Assembly: GCF_947568905.1 (NCBI RefSeq)
Contig: NC_079165.1
Coordinates: 62,496,001 to 62,560,000, forward strand
Reading direction: 5' to 3'
Source: Ostrea edulis
Lineage: Eukaryota
DNA length: 64,000 bases
The stretch's first letter is position 1; every line of letters starts with the position of its first letter. The notes beneath the pieces were generated by a model. That model saw nothing but the letters and a program-made list of their open reading frames with translations, did not search any database and was not told the DNA's origin. Below are positions 52,001 through 64,000 of the stretch, piece by piece. The position numbers and the translations under genes were made by a program.

Positions 52001-55000
52001 TTTGATTGACAGTAGGCAATGAACTGCAGCTGTCATGTGCTTACAATCTGTGGAATTTGGAGCAACATTTTCTATGAACTCTTCCACAGAATTGCTCTTA
52101 AATCAATACCACAATGAATAAAAAAGTGAAAAATTAGGATTGATAAGAAAATTCTTACACTTGATTCTCTTCTATGTCGTCTTGTACATAAATCTTCATA
52201 AATTTCATCATCATCTTCTTGATACACATGATCGTAGATTTCTTCATTGTCATCAAGGTCATGACGTCTATCAACCAAACAAAAGAGAAATGCATGCAGG
52301 GTCTGAACTAAAAGCACAAATGACGCATTACTGGTTATTAAAATGATATTCAACAAAAGTATCAAATCTACTATATATAAATTAGAAGGTCCTGGCTAGA
52401 AATTTTTTGAAAACAATGTACTTGAAGCTCACATCAACAAAAGTCATCTACAGTATAAGCATATGCTTAAATCAATTAAATATCTTCATTTAAATGGGTA
52501 AGTTATTACAGGGTTTTTAGTTGTTACCTACATGTATGCCTATTAGGAAAATATACAGGTAACACACATCAAAGAATGTGCTTAATTCATTAATTTGAGT
52601 TACGAAGAACATTTAAGGAAAAATAAACCATTGTCATCAGTTTTAAAAATATAAAAGACCTGGGATTTAAAGGGACTGATTCACGATTTCCCCCAAAATT
52701 TTGTTTTTCGCTTTTAATGATCAAATCTATTGTTTAATGTGTTTAAAATATTTCACATAAAAATTAAGGTTATACATTATCACAAAAGCTCATTTTAGAG
52801 AGTTTATCATTTGTTTTATAAACAAAAATTACGGGATGTTATTGTTTATGAAATTTTCAAAAGAAATGGATATCAATCTAATTTTATGGTATCTTTCACA
52901 TTTCAAGCATTCTGTGGATAAAATGGTCATCTAAAAGTTAAAATTTGTGACTATACAAAATTAAGATTCTTTAAATTACATAAAAAGACTCGAGTCTTTG
53001 TTTACATAACACAGATTTAAAGCTAAAATATTGCTTTTATTCTTGCATTCAGAAGGTCAAAATTTTGGCTGTTAACATTAAATCAATTATATTTTTAATG
53101 TTTAACATCAAAAATGAAAATTATTGTTTTCAAAAATTGTGAACCAGTCCCTTTAACTCCAAAAACATTATAAACACAAATACATTAGAGTACTGATATA
53201 AAAATTGATTTGTTGAGAAAAAAAGATTTAATATCGGCATCATTTCTAAAAATTATCATTTGAAACAGTGGTATAAACTTTAGAACATTGATTTGAAATT
53301 GTCAACACGATTCTGGCAGAAAGTTGTATCAACTTATAAGCGGGTCAATGGCAGATCCCTCCAAAATAACCTTAAAATTGCAACCAACTTTAAATACAGG
53401 CAAACTGACTTATAGATGAGTATATATGGTAACTGAAAAGTGATATACATCAAATATTTTATCCTGATAAATTCATGTGGACAAAGTCAAGTGACACAAA
53501 GAATTTGAACAATGGATAATATGATGCACCTTAATCATATCTAGTTAACTACAAACTTGTATGCTCCTATTTACTCAGGAATAACATCTCTCCAAAACAT
53601 CTCCCTCATTTATCATCTGAATGTAATATGTAGGAGGACTATCACCAGGTATTCCTATATACATTATTGATATATGTACAGACTGTTGGGTTTATAGTTA
53701 TATAACAATGAACCTAGTTTATAACCTTGACCTGAAATGCTGACACCGACAGAATACACATGTAGTATAGATGTGCTAGACTTTGTTGAGGTGAGCTACA
53801 AACTAACATTATAGTAAATGTAAATTTTGAAATTAATTAAATCTTTAATTTTTTGATACTTTTGCAGATCTGGTAGTAAACAAGGTGTATGCAGAATAAA
53901 AAAAAAAAAGCAAAGAAAACCCAGTAATGATAAAATACATTCAAATAATAAACATATTTTTAACAAAATTACTGACACAGAAACAAAGCATAAACATAAA
54001 CGCAATGTTCGGCACATACACAATAACCGAAATGGAGGGATTGGAAACAAGAACAGCAAGTCATGTGACTCAGTCTTCTGTCACATGGCTTTTGATACCT
54101 GAGGATCACATGGTTTAAGAGAACACAGATCTTGATATATTTTCTCTTCTTCATCCAAACTGGATACATGGCTATATTCATCTGGCATTTCATGGCTCCT
54201 GTTCACATCAAATATAGTCCAATCATGTACCATGAGAGCTAATCTAAGAACACTACATCAAAAACAAACCTTTGATGGCAGTCTTTGTTAAACACATCTT
54301 TCAATAATTTGACAGCATTACCAGTTATGAATTTGATATTGTGTAGTACAATTACGTTGAGAAGACAAAATGTTCAAACACTCATTGTCAGTAAGAGACC
54401 AGAAATCAACATACAAGATTTATGCATTGATAATTTGGCTTATTAATCATGCTATAAATCTTTATTATCATTATAGTCTCAAACTAAACAGTCAAATAGA
54501 AGTCTTTCACTGTAAAACATTTCAACAAATCACTACTTTAGGACCTAATTAATCAAAAAGCCATCTAACATTGCACATTTGTTAACCAAATTCAAGAGCA
54601 ATATGTATTTTTGGGATCCTTATGCTTTTATCTGATGTCAACACCTCCACTTTGTTCTGAAGGTTTGGCAAAACATGCAATGTGTATGAACCCTTCAAAC
54701 AAATATTCTCATGCCTTTCACACGTTTTGCTATTTGAATTAGCTGTCCTGAAGTGTCCAATACTTGTATGCAGAGTATATCATTTTCTATTTCAATGGGG
54801 GTTGCAAAACATGCTGTTGGACATACTAGTATTGGCATCTTTACTGATTTGAACATGAAAGGTGGAGGGGCCAGAGGATACTGGATGATTTTGAATGAAA
54901 TGAAACCACAATTTATCAATTTCATAATGTATTCAATTGAAATATTCAAAATGTCAGTATGGAATTTGGATTTCTTTCAATTCTTTAGTCTATTTTAAAG

Positions 55001-58000
55001 GGGTCATTTTTTTCTAGTGTGTTCCAGTCACTGACTTACACACATTTAATTTAGAACATTGCATTTAAAGATGAATCTGGAAACTCCTGGTGTGTAACAC
55101 CTGACAGTGTGAGCAGTCTTCATGAAAACTCACTAGCCCAATGTCCAAGGCTAAAATTGATACATATGGGCTAGTAAAAATTGTCTCCAAAGTAGCTAAA
55201 TGGGACAGTGGAAAATTATGATAAAAAACCATTCTGAATAGAAATTATATTGAAATAAGCATGTTTGAGTTCACTTTTCTTTCATTTACCACGTCAATAT
55301 GACACATAACATGGGTGTTAAAGTGTGAATATATCCCTGACCTTCAATGTCTTGAAGGCAAACACGGCAAAGTGAAAAAAAAAAACAGGGAAGAAATATA
55401 AAGAGAAATTTAATGTAAGCATAAAAAATTTAGAGAAGAAAAAAACACTCATTGACTATGAAATTAAAATGGAATACAATGATGCAACATTGATTTTGAA
55501 ATTTTATCTATTTTTCTGGGCTAGTAAAATTTTTATTGGGGTAGTGAAAATGTCAAATCCACTGGCTTGAGGCTCAGAAAAGTTTTTGTGAAGATTGTTT
55601 GAGTAAGCCACACCTACTTCTCAGGTAACCATATAGTTACTACATGGGTCTTCCCGAAAGAAACAAGAGGCCCAAGGGCCTAGAATCGCTCTTCTGATAA
55701 ATTGTACAACCCCACCATTTCTATTCTTAGCCTCTTAGTATTCTAAATCTTTAGTTAAATCCTAAGAATTCAAAAAAAAGTAGGTCAATGTGACATACTT
55801 TTTGGTTTACACATTTTGAGAAACCAAGAAATATCAACTGACAAAGTTTGATGATTTTAAGCCAATTAGTATCTGAATATTGAAATATAGCTGTCAAATT
55901 CCAATTGTAGGTCATGGTGACCTATTTTTTGGTCAGTGAACTCCGAACATGCAAGACCCATCAACTGACAAAGTTTGATGACTGTAGGTCAAATAGTATC
56001 TGAAATATATAAATATAGCCGTCAAATTCCAAAAGTAGGTCAAGGTGACCTACTTTTCCGTCAACACCCTTCAAACATGCAAGACCCAACAACTGACAAA
56101 GTTTGATGACTGTAGGTCAAATAGTATCTGAATTATATAAATATAGCCGTCCAATTCCAAAAGTAGGTCAAGGTGACCTACTTTTTGGTCAACACCCTTT
56201 GAACATGCAAGACGCATCAACTGACAAAGTTTGATGACTGTAGGTCAAATAGTATCTGAAATATATAAATATAGCCGTCCAATTCCAAAAGTAGGTCATG
56301 GTGACCTACTTTTTGGTCGACACACTCCGTAGACTCAAGATGCATCAACTGTCAAAGTTTGATGATTGTAGGTCAATTAGTGACTGAAATATATAAATAT
56401 AACTGTCAAATGCCAAAAGTAGGTCACAGTGACCTACTTTTTGGTCGATACACTCCGAAGACTCAAGATGCATCAACTGACAAAGTTTGATGATTGTAGG
56501 TCAAATAGTGTCTGAAATATAGGAATTTAGCTGTCAAATACCAAAAGTAGGTCACGGTGACCTACTTTTTGGTCGACACAAACCGAAGACTGAAGACGCA
56601 TCAACTGACAAAGTTTGATGATCCTAGGTTTTACAGTGCCCAAGATATGCATCTAAAATTAAAAATGTGAAATTTGAATATCTGCAAAATTCAAAAAGTA
56701 GGTCACTGTGACCTACTTTTTTATAAATATGTTTCAAGGCCTCAAGATGCATCAACTTACAAGATTTCATGATTCTAAACCTCTCGGTATTTGAAATAAC
56801 AACTTAAAATATATCTATAAATGATAAGCCATAAAATTCAGAAAGTAGGTCACGGTGACCTATTTTTCAGTTGACGCATTTCAAGGTCCCATGATCCACC
56901 AACTGACAAGTTTTGATGATCATAGGCTTCAAAGTGTCCAAGATATGCATCAAAATTAATTTTAAAATAAATACCTGCAAAATTCAAAAAGTAGGTCACC
57001 GTGACCTACTTTTGAGACAACTTGACACAAGGTCTTAAGATGCATCAACTGTCAAAATTTGATGATCCTAGTCCTTATAATGACTAAAATATCAAAGATT
57101 TAAGGAAATATAAATTTAGGTCAACTTTGAAGTGACCTTGAGACCACGCCCTTTGCCCCAGGGTAATGCCTTGAACAATTTTTAATCTACAACATATCCT
57201 CATCCTTATGTGTAAGTTTGGTGATAATCTGCCCTGTGGTTCTTGAGAAGAAGATTTTTTAGCAACCACTACTTTTGTTTGTATTTTCCTGATTATCTCC
57301 CCTTGTTAAAGGGTCACATCCCTCTATTTAGTATGTATGAAAGCCCTAGGGCCAATGATACCCTGTAACAAATTTGAAAAAAATTGGCCAAGGGGTTCTT
57401 GAGTTATAGCCCTTTTTCTAAAAAGTTTACGCACACCGCACAAATGGCCATAGCATTAGCTCTTTGAGCCTTCGGCTCAGAAGAGCTAAAAAATCCTCCC
57501 ATGTACATAGTAAATTTAACAATACTCCCGACGATGCAAATATCCTGGTTTTCCTATATTATCATGGTCTGTATTGTTAATATCCCATGTTTAACAATGT
57601 GGACTTACAGAGCTAAATCTGGGAGATTTCCATAAATGTCTTCTTCATCATCAGGATTGAATCTGCGTGATGGTCGATGTGCTGTCTGCTCGGGAGGAAA
57701 ACCACTACAAAAAGCATTCAAGCAGGGTGAACTATCCGCACAATCAGGCACACAATAACAATCAAAACACTCTGATATATGGCAATAAGATGCACAGAAA
57801 AATCCAGAATGACTGGAATATTGGTTCTAAATTTGGAGGAATTGTTCTTTGTGAAAAACTTTTATACTCTACATCATGCTATCAATGTTAGTCTGTCAAC
57901 ATTATATTTGTATTAGTCTAAATTTCATGATATTTTCATTCCAACTACTTTTTGATATAGAGAAATTGCTATGTTAATTTCTTTCAGTAATTAAAATTAT

Positions 58001-61000
58001 ACCAAGTACACCTGTATACATACTAAATTATTTAAAACATGTATCAAACAATATGTAAATGAAATTCTTTTACATTATGTGTATGTCTCGTAATGTGCAT
58101 GTGATACTACAGGAGTGCAATTTTCAAAAACACACGTAGGTCCTTAAATACTAGTTCCTATTTCTAAGACTAAGGGTAATAAATGAACATGTACAGTTTT
58201 CATATAAAATGAAATCTTTCACCAGAGTTGTCGAAATTTTTAAATCACTGTCAGACATTTGGTCTGGCAGAGCTAAAGGTTCTGTCAGACCAGACAAAGT
58301 TTTTTCAGACCATATACATGTACCTTGTATTGCACAGAAAGAAAGAAAAAAAAGAACTGCACCAAAATGCCTTTTATTGTTTTAACAGAAATGCATCTTC
58401 CACTCATATCTAGCCAAATATGGTCAGTTTTCCAGCCAACTTGGAAGTCAGCAACACCACGGAAGACTTTGTAATTTTTTAAGTGGTCCAGAATCAGCAT
58501 TTTTTTCTTTTCTTACGAAGTTGTTTGTTTTACATCACGTCAGGAATTTCCCCTCTTATTGAGACGTCACCAGCTGTGGGTGAAATACCACAAATTTAGA
58601 CCTATGCTTTGTACTCTGTCTCCAAGACCGTAGTAGTGAGGGTTCTTTAACGTGGTAAAACCTGCCTCAACATTGGAGGTCATATCCGAAAGACCTGTGA
58701 CTCACTGCTAAATGCCGAACGTTTGGCGAGCATATATTTACATCTTAGATCTGACATGGCCATGGCATTAGCAGAACTCGAACTCACGACCTTCCAGTTA
58801 AGAAGCGAGCGCTCTACCACTGAGCTTTTTCTTCCTGGGTAGAGAACCTTTCATAAATTTGATTGGCCGTGTGGCCATGTTGTTTGAGTGACTTTCACTT
58901 GTGCATCCCGACCTCTAAAATAATCGGACCACAGCCGATATTTTCAAACGGTCATTTGGACCGACATTATCTAGCAAGTTATTGGTCCAGGGAATTTTTT
59001 ACCGGCCTTGCCGACAGGACCGACATTTTCGACAACTCTGTTTCACAAATGTAAGAAAATGTATATATCCTACTTTCTTAAAGCTTTCGGAATACAAATA
59101 GTTTACAATATTTTGACATTTTCTAACCCAAAACAAGATACAAGATATTCTATTGACCAATCGAGGGCCCCAAAAGACATATTTGACAGAAGAAGTATAA
59201 TTTAAACATTATTTCCATAGACAATCAACAATATTGCTCAAAACAATATAACAATTACACAAATGATTGTTTCCATCTAAATATCCTACATATCCAATTT
59301 TTCCTGATGACAGTGCAAAACTTGTTTAATACTTTGTTTGATCTGCACTTTCTAGCGATAAAGAGGAGACAAAAATTCAAACATCAATTTGGTAAGCACT
59401 AGCTCCGATAGGTGTTGATGCTAAATGTGCCAATCATGTGTACGACATATCTAACTATTGCAGCAAAATGCCAAAACTAGTGTAGCAGGGTTAAACGATC
59501 TACTGCTTGCATGTCCAAATCTGTGAGCTAGTTCAACATGGTACTTTTGCAAAATTGTCAACCCCATGGCAGCATACCACACGTAGGTTTCATGCTAACA
59601 GCAGTTTATTTAGTTACTCACTTGGCTAAATCTTCTAAAGAATTGTAATATTCATGATCACATGAACGAGATGAGGGAGCTTTAAAGCCACTAAAACAAA
59701 AGTCATTTTATATCTTATCTTAAAAGGTTGTCATACAAACTTGAATTACATGTACTAGTGTGTGAATTCTAAAATTTATTGACACGTTATGTTACATCTT
59801 AACATACACAGGTATGTAAAGTGAATATTTATGTATAGTAATTCAAAAACATTCATGTATCTTTCTGATAAAATGTGTGCTGCCTCTGGTGTCATATTGT
59901 CAACAAATAAACATGGACATACTTATCATCAACAAAAAATTGAAATACCTGGATTTCCTTCTGGCAAGCGGTGTCTTTGATAACTTGGAAAGGGTAGTTA
60001 AAACCTGAAATCCAATTAAACATACATATATTGAATATTAGCAGCAAATATCAAATTGCTGCGTTAAAACTCTATTCATAAATGCTGGCAACACCATTTC
60101 CTCATTCTTTCAGCTGACAATGCTTTCCAATTTTTTTTATTTGTACAATTACAAGTATTAAAGTCAAGGAGTCTGTTTTAAAAATTTCATTTATTGAATT
60201 TATACCTACAAAACAAACATATTACAACTGCCATGTGACAGTTACATGCAAAATACTATTCCATGAGAAACATAGACTTATCTCACAATGAAATGAAACA
60301 TTGCAACATCACAGACATACATGTAGCTGCTGTAATGCCTAGGAGTCAATAACTGCACCCCACCCCCCTTCATTCATAAGTGTTTAATTCTTTTCTTTTT
60401 ATTCTATTTCCTTTCTTGCCAATCTGAAAATCAAGGCAAAAGTGATTTCTGCATCCTGAAGTTATTCAATACATCAAGCTTTCTTTTAAATGTTAATATA
60501 TAACAAATGTTTATGAAATCCTCTTTCATATCTAACGGCATACTTTTTTAAAACCACATCAAGGAACTCTTTTCTGGCCTATTTTTTCTCAAATACACAT
60601 ACAAGTTCTACACAATTTTAAAACCTTCTCTAAAATCTTATATGAAAAGGGGAAGGGAGGTATATGATTAAATATATAGGGCTCACAACGGGTGTGATCG
60701 GTAAACAGGGGATGCTTGCACCTCTTAGGCACTTTACTCCACCTCTGATGTATCCAGGGATCCATGTTTGTCCTACTCTTAATTTTGTATGAGATCGATC
60801 AACTTTTCAATTCTTTAGACCTCGAAGGATTTGATCAAGTGACCATCCCCCATTTCATATTCCAGTGAAGTTTTTGAAAATGTTCTATATCTATAAAATC
60901 ATCAATGTTTGTGAATCCACATCATCATGCATGCACAGCTATATTTTTTGCAGTCAGAATACTTCAAATCTTTAAGATATATACCAGGTATAGATTCATC

Positions 61001-62499
61001 AAAGTCAATGGTCTAGTAACTTTGATACACGTCTCGGAAAATTTGGGAATTGGATTGCAAATTAAAAAAGAATCCTGGTTAAATGGACTAAAAAAAGGTG
61101 AAGCATTACATATAATATAGAAGGTTTAAAACTTTTTGTAATCTTCCAGGCCAGTTTGCAAGGACAGATTTAGTGAAGACTTGAGAACGTTGTTTCTATT
61201 TACACTACATTGACTTTCTGGGTGTTTACTGTGTTGGCAGAATAAAACATAAGCTCAGGAATTTTTCTTGTGATATCCAGCAGCTAATGACGTTGGATTG
61301 AAAAATCAAGAAACATCAATTTGAATTACTGTTTTAAAAGTCATTATATAATTATATTGTTGATTTCTAAAGCTATCAACCTATTGAGCTATAGCTGTAT
61401 TCATTAACTAAGCTAAAATATTAGTATTTAAAGTACTTTTCTTCTTCATTCATAACGCTGATCATTTCTTACCTTTCTGAAATCTTTAACCTCAAACAAA
61501 TCAAATGGGTCAAATAAATCTGCTGTGCTCAAACCAAAGACTGACTGGCATGTCTGCAGAAATATTCGAATATTCTTCAAGCATAGAAACTGGAAAAAGA
61601 AAATTAAGTGGTTATAATTACAAGTTTATCAGCAATATATTCAATAACATTCAACTTTCAAATTATTTCAATAATCTTCCTTTGATATAACCTATATGTA
61701 TTCAAAAAGATTTTCAATATCATTTTCACACATGCATGCATACATGAATATAACAAAACATTACAATGTATATTTTTGTTGGAATTTCAATTTTCCTTGA
61801 ATCTTTTAATAATCCTATTCTGGACAATAAGCTTAGATCCTATCAATTCATTTTGAACAGTTTTGTGATTACAATGCCATCTGTTCTATATATAGACCTA
61901 TACTATATTAGGAAAGAAAAAAATATATATAAAGCATTTAATTCTTTTAAAAATAATACTTAAACATGAACGTTGGCCTATATTTCCTATGCATGTATAC
62001 ATAAAATAACGAAAATTTCTTTTCCCTGTATACAGTAACACGACTGCTACTGATTGAAAGAGGATATATATTACGTTCCTGTTACAGGTGCGATATCTTG
62101 ACGCTCTGGGCAACTAGGAAGTAACCACTCACTTATATTTTACTGTATGGTCATTTCATCGACCTATGAAAATTCACTTCATCCTTTTTTGAAAAACAAA
62201 ACACAGTATGTCTAATGCAATTAAAGTTTTAATTGTTATATATTTCAAACAAAATTTCAGACTGTGAAGTATACAGAAGTTCTTCAAACCTGTGACAGCT
62301 GAGGTCTCTGACTGAAGTCTTTCACGTCCACAGAATTTGGAGACAGGTTGTTCAGTAGATGGCATATGAGTACTCCATCTCGTAAAGCCTGGGCTAAGTC
62401 AAATGCACTTGCATCAGGCTGTGTAGCTTTGTGTTCATCGGGTAAAATGTTACATCGAACGAGCCAGTCAGTGCAATGCCTCCACTCATCCGTCGCCAT
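23583..62499 (-). CDS. VAV: Vav-family Rho/Rac guanine nucleotide exchange factor, 27 core exons, 875 aa
   Basis: Exons (minus): 62499-62290, 61589-61473, 60004-59949 (CH); 57704-57609, 52267-52159 (acidic region with IYGNL, IYDHV, IYEDL); 51414-51313, 51168-51100, 50987-50787, 50683-50588, 50463-50392, 48903-48830 (DH; [19 protein letters not shown]); 47837-47819, 46929-46838, 46637-46592, 43393-43295, 41376-41267 (PH); 41055-40966, 40297-40266, 39987-39919 (C1); 35445-35324, 32224-32162 (SH3-N); 31004-30841 (linker); 30646-30524, 25324-25234, 24177-24075 (SH2, FLIR); 23943-23789, 23630-23583 (SH3-C). Total 2628 nt, phases consistent throughout. Confidence 0.95.
25800..26930 (+). mobile_element. 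Helentron/HINE-type element with about 146-bp tandem repeats (about 6 copies)
   Basis: Anchors aaaa(a)agtccggaaaactgtttgacct at about 26078, 26224, 26371, 26516 and 26668. GGAC/AGCC microsatellite; 3' hairpin atacgtccc...gggcgtataaaaa. Confidence 0.8.
27095..29538 (+). mobile_element. Helentron/HINE-type element with about 165-bp satellite units, interrupted by a MITE
   Basis: 5' gcccacaggcctcaacagttacctgagt; recurrent catcataaccatgcattt; 3' ataggtcacccgagtgactcaagtgacc. Confidence 0.7.
27465..28396. mobile_element. Kolobok-like long-TIR MITE with TTAA TSD
   Basis: ttaa|ggtagctcattacac...gtgtaatgagctacc|ttaa, with imperfect arms of about 290 bp. Confidence 0.85.
30136..30355. repeat. 30-nt minisatellite, about 7 copies
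   Basis: Unit tgctaatttaatgacctactgttgtaaata. Confidence 0.9.
32700..35250. mobile_element. Cluster of degenerate HINE/satellite remnants
   Basis: Recurrent ggtcatgaa(a)tttacaattttggta / atgcatttagtttttc units. Confidence 0.55.
37051..37077 (-). CDS. Candidate 27-nt cassette exon in the Vav C1-SH3 linker (GRSPTQIQH)
   Basis: cactttttag|GGAGATCACCCACACAAATACAGCACA|gtaagt. Phase 1/1, no stop codon. Confidence 0.55.
37903..37929 (-). CDS. Weaker candidate 27-nt cassette exon in the same linker (DSSSLVSVQ)
   Basis: tttttagctctcacag|ATTCCTCCTCATTGGTCTCTGTTCAGG|gtattt. Phase 1/1, weak donor. Confidence 0.3.
38600..39597. mobile_element. PIF/Harbinger-like non-autonomous element, 998 bp
   Basis: TAA|gggctgttccagaaat...atttctggaatagccc|TAA (3-bp TSD). 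Confidence 0.85.
42200..43312. repeat. 58-nt minisatellite containing the Vav exon end and splice donor, split by a 447-bp insertion
   Basis: Unit cattaccttttcccctctggcctgggtcccttccctttccccttgtgaaggttatgta. About 9.5 copies at 42770-43312 and about 2 degenerate copies at 42200-42322. Confidence 0.92.
42323..42769. mobile_element. 447-bp insertion with a 9-bp TSD and an internal hairpin
   Basis: TSD cattacctt at 42314-42322 and 42770-42778; termini taaactggt / accagctta; hairpin tcagacttcttagatcc...ggatctaagaagtctga at about 42478-42544. Confidence 0.75.
43593..43997. mobile_element. Harbinger-like MITE
   Basis: ttg|ggcc...ggcc|ttg; subterminal tttgtttcccctc.cccgacc is mirrored at the other end. 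Confidence 0.7.
44937..45246. repeat. 22-nt minisatellite, 14 copies
   Basis: Unit caattctgtgtatggtatcata. Confidence 0.95.
46024..46044 (-). CDS. Candidate 21-nt cassette microexon in the Vav PH domain (MVDRLFS)
   Basis: gctgttccccag|ATGGTGGATCGATTATTCTCG|gtaagg. Phase 0/0, so it fits between KAR and GESY. Confidence 0.6.
47957..48842. repeat. About 22-nt minisatellite (about 40 copies) containing the Vav exon 11 end and splice donor
   Basis: Unit ttcagaattacctgttttgtat, which is ATACAAAACAG|GTAATTCTGAA on the gene strand. Confidence 0.93.
49700..50148 (+). mobile_element. Penelope-like retroelement 3' remnant
   Basis: [22 protein letters not shown] translation and the ggggatgcttactcc 3' region; same family as 9915-10345. 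Confidence 0.65.
52671..53152. mobile_element. Kolobok-like MITE with TTAA TSD
   Basis: ttaa|agggactgattcac...gtgaaccagtccct|ttaa. Confidence 0.85.
55661..57492 (+). mobile_element. Helentron/HINE-type element with a 128-bp tandem array
   Basis: 5' aaacaagaggcccaagggcc; caactgacaaagtttgatga recurs at 55962, 56090, 56218 and onward; 3' hairpin ttagctctttgagccttcggctcagaagagctaaaaa. Confidence 0.85.
58223..59040. mobile_element. CAG-ended TIR MITE containing a SINE
   Basis: 14-bp TIR cagagttgtcgaaa / tttcgacaactctg; tttcac is duplicated on both flanks. Confidence 0.75.
58540..58827 (-). mobile_element. tRNA-headed SINE (same family as 2535-3115)
   Basis: Shared ttgagacgtcaccagctgt.ggtgaa and aaatgccga.cgtttggcga segments; gctcagtggtagagcg head on the minus strand. 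Confidence 0.75.
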
Positions 62500-64000
62500 C
62501 TTGAATACACTTCAATGCTACTTGGGATTCCCCCTTACGGAGAAGAAAAAAAAACACCAAATAACAGCTGAAATTACAATATGATTTTTAAGGGACGAAT
62601 CATACATGCAAACAACATAATTTAGCATTAATTCGTTACCTAACAAAGATGCATAATTTATACGAAAATACGGAAATAGCTTCACATATCAAATGACCTT
62701 GACATTTAAGCGTATGTTGTCATGCAAGGAGTTCTTCTTGCACTCCACTGACTAACAAACCACCTGATATTCCTGTTCGCAGTTAATTTGGATATTCAGC
62801 GTGCATGGTATATTTTGTTTGATAACATACTATGTAAAGGCATTTCCTTTACATAGACTGATCTATATCTTTACAGTAGATCACATGTGCTTGTATCTTC
62901 ATAATAAATACATAGATCTATGATAAACAGTGTACATATGTAAATTATTTACATATAGATCTATGTGCCCACTATTTATATATATTAAGATCTAAGCACC
63001 TGTGAAAAATTGCCGAGCACGTTCGTAACTTGAATACTTCTTATTTGTTTGTGCTGCAAAGATGGTTACAGAACCAGGATCTTTTCTTTAAACAGGTTGG
63101 AATACTAAATATACCAACCGCGGGATGTTTTCGTGAAATCGCGATTATCCCTCCCTAGCGAGAGTAAATATATCCTGTACAACGAGAAAAACACCCGTGG
63201 AGTACATCTCTTCGTGTTTCACGTGAAACGAAGAAAAGGTGCTAAAATGTCTGATACTTCTGCAAATATATTAAAACAAAAACACTCACGATGTGTATTG
63301 GATTTCAGACTGCCTCCCTCTTATGCATCAACTTTGATATGCAATTTCTTGACTGTGTTGTCAATTTTATAGAAACAATTCACGTCATGATGAGTGTGTT
63401 GCACTTATTCAGCGATGCACGAGATTTGCCATTATTTTCAATAAAGACGCCAAACACATGTTTATGGATGTTTACTTTCTCGCTAAAGAGGGATAATCGC
63501 ATTCTAGCAAGAATATTTCGCTATAGAGGAAGTATCCCAACCCGTTAAACATTTAGACTCGCGAAATCTATGGCGAGATGTTGCGTGTAGTATGGCATTA
63601 ACATACTGACCAATTCTGGTTTGTTTTTTAGTTACACTGTATTGAGACCAATTTGATGGGGATCTTTCAAAAAAAATTAAAAAGAGATTATAATTACTGT
63701 CATTTATTTGTGACCCAAAAAATTGTAATCATATTGTATGTATGCAAATTCACATTCCAGAATCCATATATTATTTGACATTTCAGATTCATGATCCTGA
63801 TTTGGTTTCATTGTAATCAAAGTTTTCAAACACTATTGAACTCGATGTAAAGAAGATGTTAGTTATTTTACGTTTCTAAAGTTGGTTAATTGTGTAGCAA
63901 ACTTGAGTACTATGAATAAAAGATTTTTTTAGCTTAATCTCAATTATTGTAAGGGAGAAACTATGCAATCTTTTGTAATATCAATGATAAATGGAGTATG

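Noticed and set aside
54600-54998. Overlapping sense/antisense ORFs that look coding-like
   Set aside because: Probably a decayed transposon fragment; I could not assign a family.

Overview
AT-rich, intron- and repeat-rich animal DNA, probably from an oyster-like bivalve (inferred from repeat families and gene style). There are no prokaryotic features. Four spliced genes were reconstructed by hand from GT-AG junctions and reading-frame continuity. (1) PhyH-family 2-oxoglutarate/Fe(II) dioxygenase A: minus strand, 3492-8343, 9 exons, 279 aa. (2) Gfo/Idh/MocA NAD(P) oxidoreductase: plus strand, 14811-16057, 2 coding exons, 376 aa. (3) PhyH dioxygenase B, a paralogue of A with identical intron phases: minus strand, 16243-19360, 277 aa. 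(4) A complete Vav guanine-nucleotide exchange factor (CH-acidic-DH-PH-C1-SH3-SH2-SH3): minus strand, 23583-62499, 27 core exons, 875 aa, plus candidate microexons. The rest is SINEs, Penelope-like and RTE remnants, TIR MITEs, Helentron-type satellite carriers and minisatellites. Most striking observations: two independent Vav minisatellites whose repeat unit is the exon end plus its own 5' splice site (about 40 and about 11 donor copies; the alternative donors I traced are non-productive); a dioxygenase-dehydrogenase-dioxygenase block that may be a small metabolic cluster; and a Vav C1 domain that has lost two ligands of one zinc site.
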